Origin: Gaiellaceae bacterium
GTDB lineage: Bacteria > Actinomycetota > Thermoleophilia > Gaiellales > Gaiellaceae
Direction: 5' to 3'
Assembly (NCBI GenBank): GCA_035601195.1
Contig: DATNOU010000095.1
Span: 3,002 to 67,001 of the forward strand
DNA length: 64,000 nt
Of the stretch, positions 60,902 through 64,000 are shown piece by piece. Every line of letters begins with the position of its first letter. Position 1 is the stretch's first letter. Under the pieces are notes generated by a model, which had not been told where the DNA came from, did no database searches, and saw only the letters and a program-made list of their open reading frames with translations. The translations under genes were made by a program, and so were the position numbers.

Positions 60902-61219
60902 CACCTGGGCCTCCTTCGCAGCGGGGCCCGGCTGGCCCCATCGCCAAGTAAAACCCGCGGCACGGCCGAAACTCATCGCTCCGGCTGCGCCCGCTAGGCC
61001 GCAGCTGGGAGGCGGAGAGCATTCGCAGAGTTTTTGCGGGAGCGACCGGATCATCGAGCAGGGCCTCGTCGATGAGTTTCGGCTGATGATCGACCCTGTC
61101 ATGTTGCGACGTACGCTCCGGCCGAGGCCTGACAACTCGCTCCATACAGGGAGTAGCTACTCACGCCGGGTTAGGCTGGGTTTGCGAGGTCCAATCGGTG
61201 TGGGGAGGGGAGGCTACCC

Positions 61220-61780
61220 ATGGCCAAGCTGATCTACTCGGCGATCACGTCGCTCGACGGCTACGTAGCGGACGAGAACGGCAACTTCGACTGGGCTGCG
61301 CCGGACGAGGAGGTGCACAGGTTCGTCAACGACCTCGAGCGACCGATCGGCACTTATCTCTATGGGCGCCGGATCTACGAGACGATGGTCTACTGGGAGA
61401 CCGCGCACACCCTCCCGGACCAGCCGCCCTTCATCCAGGACTTCGCCGGGATCTGGCAGGCGGCCGACAAGATCGTCTACTCGAAGGCGCTGGAGACGCC
61501 CTCCAGCGCCAGGACGCGAATCGAACGAGACTTCGACCCCGAAGCGGTCCGGCAGATGAAAGCGGCGGCGGAACGCGACATCACCGTGGGTGGTCCCGAC
61601 CTTGCCGCCCAGGCGATCAAGGCCGGGTTGGTCGACGAATACCACTTGTTCCTCACGCCCATCATCGTTGGAGGCGGAAAACAGTCGCTCCCCGACAATG
61701 TCCGCCTGGAGCTCGAACTGCTGGACGAACGCCGTTTCGGCAACGGGGCGGTTCACCTCCACTACCGCACCAAGCCGTGA
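61220..61780 (+). CDS. Dihydrofolate reductase-like (RibD C-terminal domain) family protein
   Basis: 186 aa. SLDGYVAD, YLYGRRIYE, VGGPDLAAQ and VDEYHLFLTPIIVGGG are typical of the RibD_C family. Confidence 0.8.
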   Translation: MAKLIYSAITSLDGYVADENGNFDWAAPDEEVHRFVNDLERPIGTYLYGRRIYETMVYWETAHTLPDQPPFIQDFAGIWQAADKIVYSKALETPSSARTRIERDFDPEAVRQMKAAAERDITVGGPDLAAQAIKAGLVDEYHLFLTPIIVGGGKQSLPDNVRLELELLDERRFGNGAVHLHYRTKP

Positions 61781-61932
61781 GGCGACGGCGACGTCAGTCA
61801 GCGGACGGTGCTCACGGCGTCCAGTCGGGGAACAGGGGGAGGCTGACGTCGACGGGGAGGCGTCGAGCAAGGCGGATGTAAGGGTTCCCGGAGGGGGGAA
61901 GACCGGCGGGATCAGGGTCGAACTCCGGGGTC

Positions 61933-62151
61933 GTGGAGCGTTCGCCCATCATCACGCGTAGCGACGTCTTGTGGGTGGTCTTCATTCTCGAAGGGATCGC
62001 CTTCATCGTCGGCGTCGCCGTCTTGATCGGCTCGGCACTGACGGCACTTCCATTCATCTGGGGGATGGTCGTCGCGTTCGCCGTGCTCGTGCTCGTAGCC
62101 GCGTTGGTCACGGTGGAGCTACGACGCTTCTGGGCGCGGCTGCCGCGATAG
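61933..62151 (+). CDS. Possible small two-TM membrane protein
   Basis: 72-aa ORF with a GTG start, two hydrophobic spans and mostly GC3 codons. There is no SD or homology evidence. Confidence 0.3.
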   Translation: MERSPIITRSDVLWVVFILEGIAFIVGVAVLIGSALTALPFIWGMVVAFAVLVLVAALVTVELRRFWARLPR

Positions 62152-62676
62152 GAGCGTTCATTTCGACGACTTCGACGACGGATCTGCTCGCCGCGCCGTC
62201 TGCTCGTGGCGGTCGTCCGAAAGCTCGTTGCCGTGCTGAAGCCAGCGAGCGCCCGACCCGCTCCCTCCGGGCCTCCATCTCGCGGAGCCGCTCACCGAAG
62301 GAAGCTCGGTCGCGACGCAACAAGCAGGTGGCCGTCCGCTCCGCGCAGCCCCACGGCGGATCTAGGCGCGCGGGCGGGAACGCGAAGGCCCTCCTCGTCT
62401 CGTTCTCTCGGTGGTGGGTCAGCCAGGCCTGCTGGGCCGGGTAGCCGTTTGGGCCACGAGTGGGCCACGGAATGTTGTCAGCCGAGAACTACTTAGTGGG
62501 CCGGGCACGGCCTGCCTGCTGCCCGAACCTGACTGCGGTGTGGATGCGCACCCGCCGGCTACTAGAAGCGGAGTATCTCAGTCGGCAGAGATCTGACCAC
62601 TCGAGGGCACCGGCCCTGTGGAGGAAGCTTGACGCAGCGGGGCGCACGCACTAGACAGGTGCCGAGGTAAACGAAA

Positions 62677-63274
62677 ATGTCAATAACCGAGCTTCCGAGC
62701 GGCACCGTCACCTTCCTCTTCACGGACATCGAGGGGTCGACGCTGCTGATCAAGCAGCTGCGGGATCGCTACGGGGACGCTCTGGCCGATCAGCAGCGGA
62801 TCCTGCGCGGAGCCTTCGACGAGTTCGGCGGCCGCGAGATCGACACCCAGGGATTCGTTCTTCGTTGCCTTCCGCCGGGCCAAGGACGCCGTCGCCGCAG
62901 CGGTCCAGGCCCAGAGAGCCATTGCCGAGAACGCCTGGCCCGACGGCGTCGAGTTACGCGTGCGGATGGGCATTCACACCGCGGAGCCCACCGTCGGCGA
63001 GGAACGCTACGTCGGGCTCGGCGTGCACCGCGCGGCCCGCATCTGCGCAGCCGGCCACGGTGGGCAAGTACTCGTCTCGCAGACGAGCCGGGAATTGCTG
63101 AGGGCCGACCCGCTGTCCGAGGTCTCGCTCCGCGACCTGGGCGCGCACCAGCTAAAGGACCTTGATGAGCCGGAGCAGCTCTACCAGCTCGTAGCGCCGG
63201 GCCTCGCCGAGAGCTTCCCGGGGTTGAAGGCCGCCGGTCCGACCCCGTTTGCCGGCCGGGAGGGCGAGCTCGCC
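62677..63274 (+). pseudogene. Class III cyclase domain of a cyclase-ATPase-type regulator, frameshifted near 62851 and truncated at ~63274
   Basis: The sequence reads LFTDIEGSTLL...GGREIDTQG in one frame. It continues as DSFFVAFRRAKDAV...RMGIHTAEP...YVGLGVHRAARI...LKDLDEPEQLYQL...FAGREGELA in the +1 frame. The expected downstream ATPase and HTH domains are absent and are replaced by repeat DNA. Confidence 0.7.
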
Positions 63275-63293
63275 GATTACCATGGAACTTCTC

Positions 63294-63554
63294 AGGCAAC
63301 CGGTGGCAACCCACGGCAACGGATTTCGCATGTTTTGGCGCGTTCCGCGCCGATCGGATTTGCCACTGATTGCCACCGGTTGCAACCACGGGGCTCCATA
63401 AAGGCTCCATCCTCTGTTGTCGGCATTGGCTACGTCGCGGCCGAAGAGCGCATTGGACCACGTGCCGCGGCGCACCGATTGGCGACCGGTTGCCACCGGT
63501 TGCAACCGCGGGGCTCCATAGAGGCTCTAGCCTTTGTTGTCTGGTTTGGATACG
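63294..63554. repeat. Cluster of a second repeat family (core TTGCCACCGGTTGCAACC...GGGGCTCCATA.AGGCTC)
   Basis: Two direct copies of about 65-85 nt (63350-63434 and 63474-63554, 120-nt period, roughly 85-90 percent identical by eye) are present. An inverted partial copy (63294-63325) contains GCAACCGGTGGCAA. Confidence 0.75.
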
Positions 63555-63807
63555 CAGGTGGCCCCGGGACGTGCTGCGCCCGGGCTCACGCCGGATGCGC
63601 GGCAACGATGCCCCAGCGAGTCTGTCGGCGTAGACTTTGGCTGTGCCTGGTTGACGCTAGAGCTCGTTCGAGTTCTCGGCCTTCACGCCCACGCGGACGC
63701 TGCCGTCACGGCAAGCGCTCGCACCAGAGCGCCTCGGCGGCGGTGCTCGTGCGCCTCCTTGCGCGGCTACTAATCCGCGGGTGATCTGTTGACGCTAAGG
63801 AGGAGCA

Positions 63808-64000
63808 ATGCCAAGCATCGGCCAAGAGAACCTCGAGGCGGTCATGATCGACTTCTTCGGCGCCCTTCGGCGCGGTGATTTCGAAGCCGCGGCGGAGTTG
63901 CTCGATCCCGATGTCAGCTGGCAGGGGTTGCGCGAGGAGTGGGTCTGTCACCGCCGCGAGGAGGTGATCGACACCTTCCGTTGGGGGCTCGAGCAGCGCC
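63808..64000 (+). CDS. SnoaL-like / NTF2-fold family protein (3' end outside window)
   Basis: ATG 63808 is preceded by TAAGGAGGAG. The frame is open to the window end and reads MPSIGQENLEAVMIDFFGALRRGDFEAAAELLDPDVSWQGL..., typical of SnoaL-like N-termini. Confidence 0.6.
   Translation, partial: MPSIGQENLEAVMIDFFGALRRGDFEAAAELLDPDVSWQGLREEWVCHRREEVIDTFRWGLEQR

Noticed and set aside
63560-63807. Coding potential between the repeat cluster and the SnoaL-like gene (part of ORF 62960..63784 and minus-strand ORFs)
   Set aside because: The translations are Arg/Cys/Ala-rich with no recognisable motif. The ORF is a read-through continuation of the truncated cyclase frame. It probably holds only promoter DNA (two tGTTGACGCTA copies).

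Overview
This is a high-GC, gene-dense bacterial chromosomal segment. It shows actinobacterial-style coding: strong GC3 bias, many GTG/TTG starts, frequent ATGA/GTGA start-stop overlaps and some near-leaderless starts. The taxon cannot be fixed without a database search. All product calls come from recognising motifs in the supplied translations by eye, with no alignment tools. About 65 protein-coding genes are supportable, and most are housekeeping or metabolic: YbdK, an ECF sigma/ZAS anti-sigma pair, M24 and M16 peptidases, MmsA, Mug, NadE, an acyl-CoA synthetase, an MFS/TetR pair, rhodanese, a proline-racemase-family enzyme, SelD, CtaA, a DipZ-like protein, MntH, an M20 amidase, TopIB and class III cyclases. 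A complete monoderm-type Tad/Flp pilus locus lies at about 47.1-56.5 kb. No rRNA gene, tRNA gene or CRISPR array was seen. The observations worth a second look are listed here.
1. Two paralogous HTH-XRE/TPR regulators each sit next to a short hydrophobic peptide ORF. One peptide ORF is SD-led and directly downstream. The other is divergent and has its own terminator. This resembles RRNPP/Rgg-SHP/ComRS receptor-peptide pairs.
2. An IS200-like REP-associated tyrosine transposase (RAYT) is flanked by copies of a GGGGTC(A/T)GACCCC hairpin repeat family that recurs at five intergenic loci.
3. A 2.3 kb multicopper-oxidase + ZIP-transporter cassette is bracketed by about 105 bp direct repeats. Each repeat contains a REP doublet and the last ~30 nt of the neighbouring gene.
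4. A second repeat family truncates a cyclase-type regulator near the right end.
5. Three genes have broken frames.
6. A lipid kinase gene lacks a canonical start codon and sits in frame behind the stop of the upstream gene.
7. A vWA-TadB fusion and a coiled-coil gene occur inside the tad operon.
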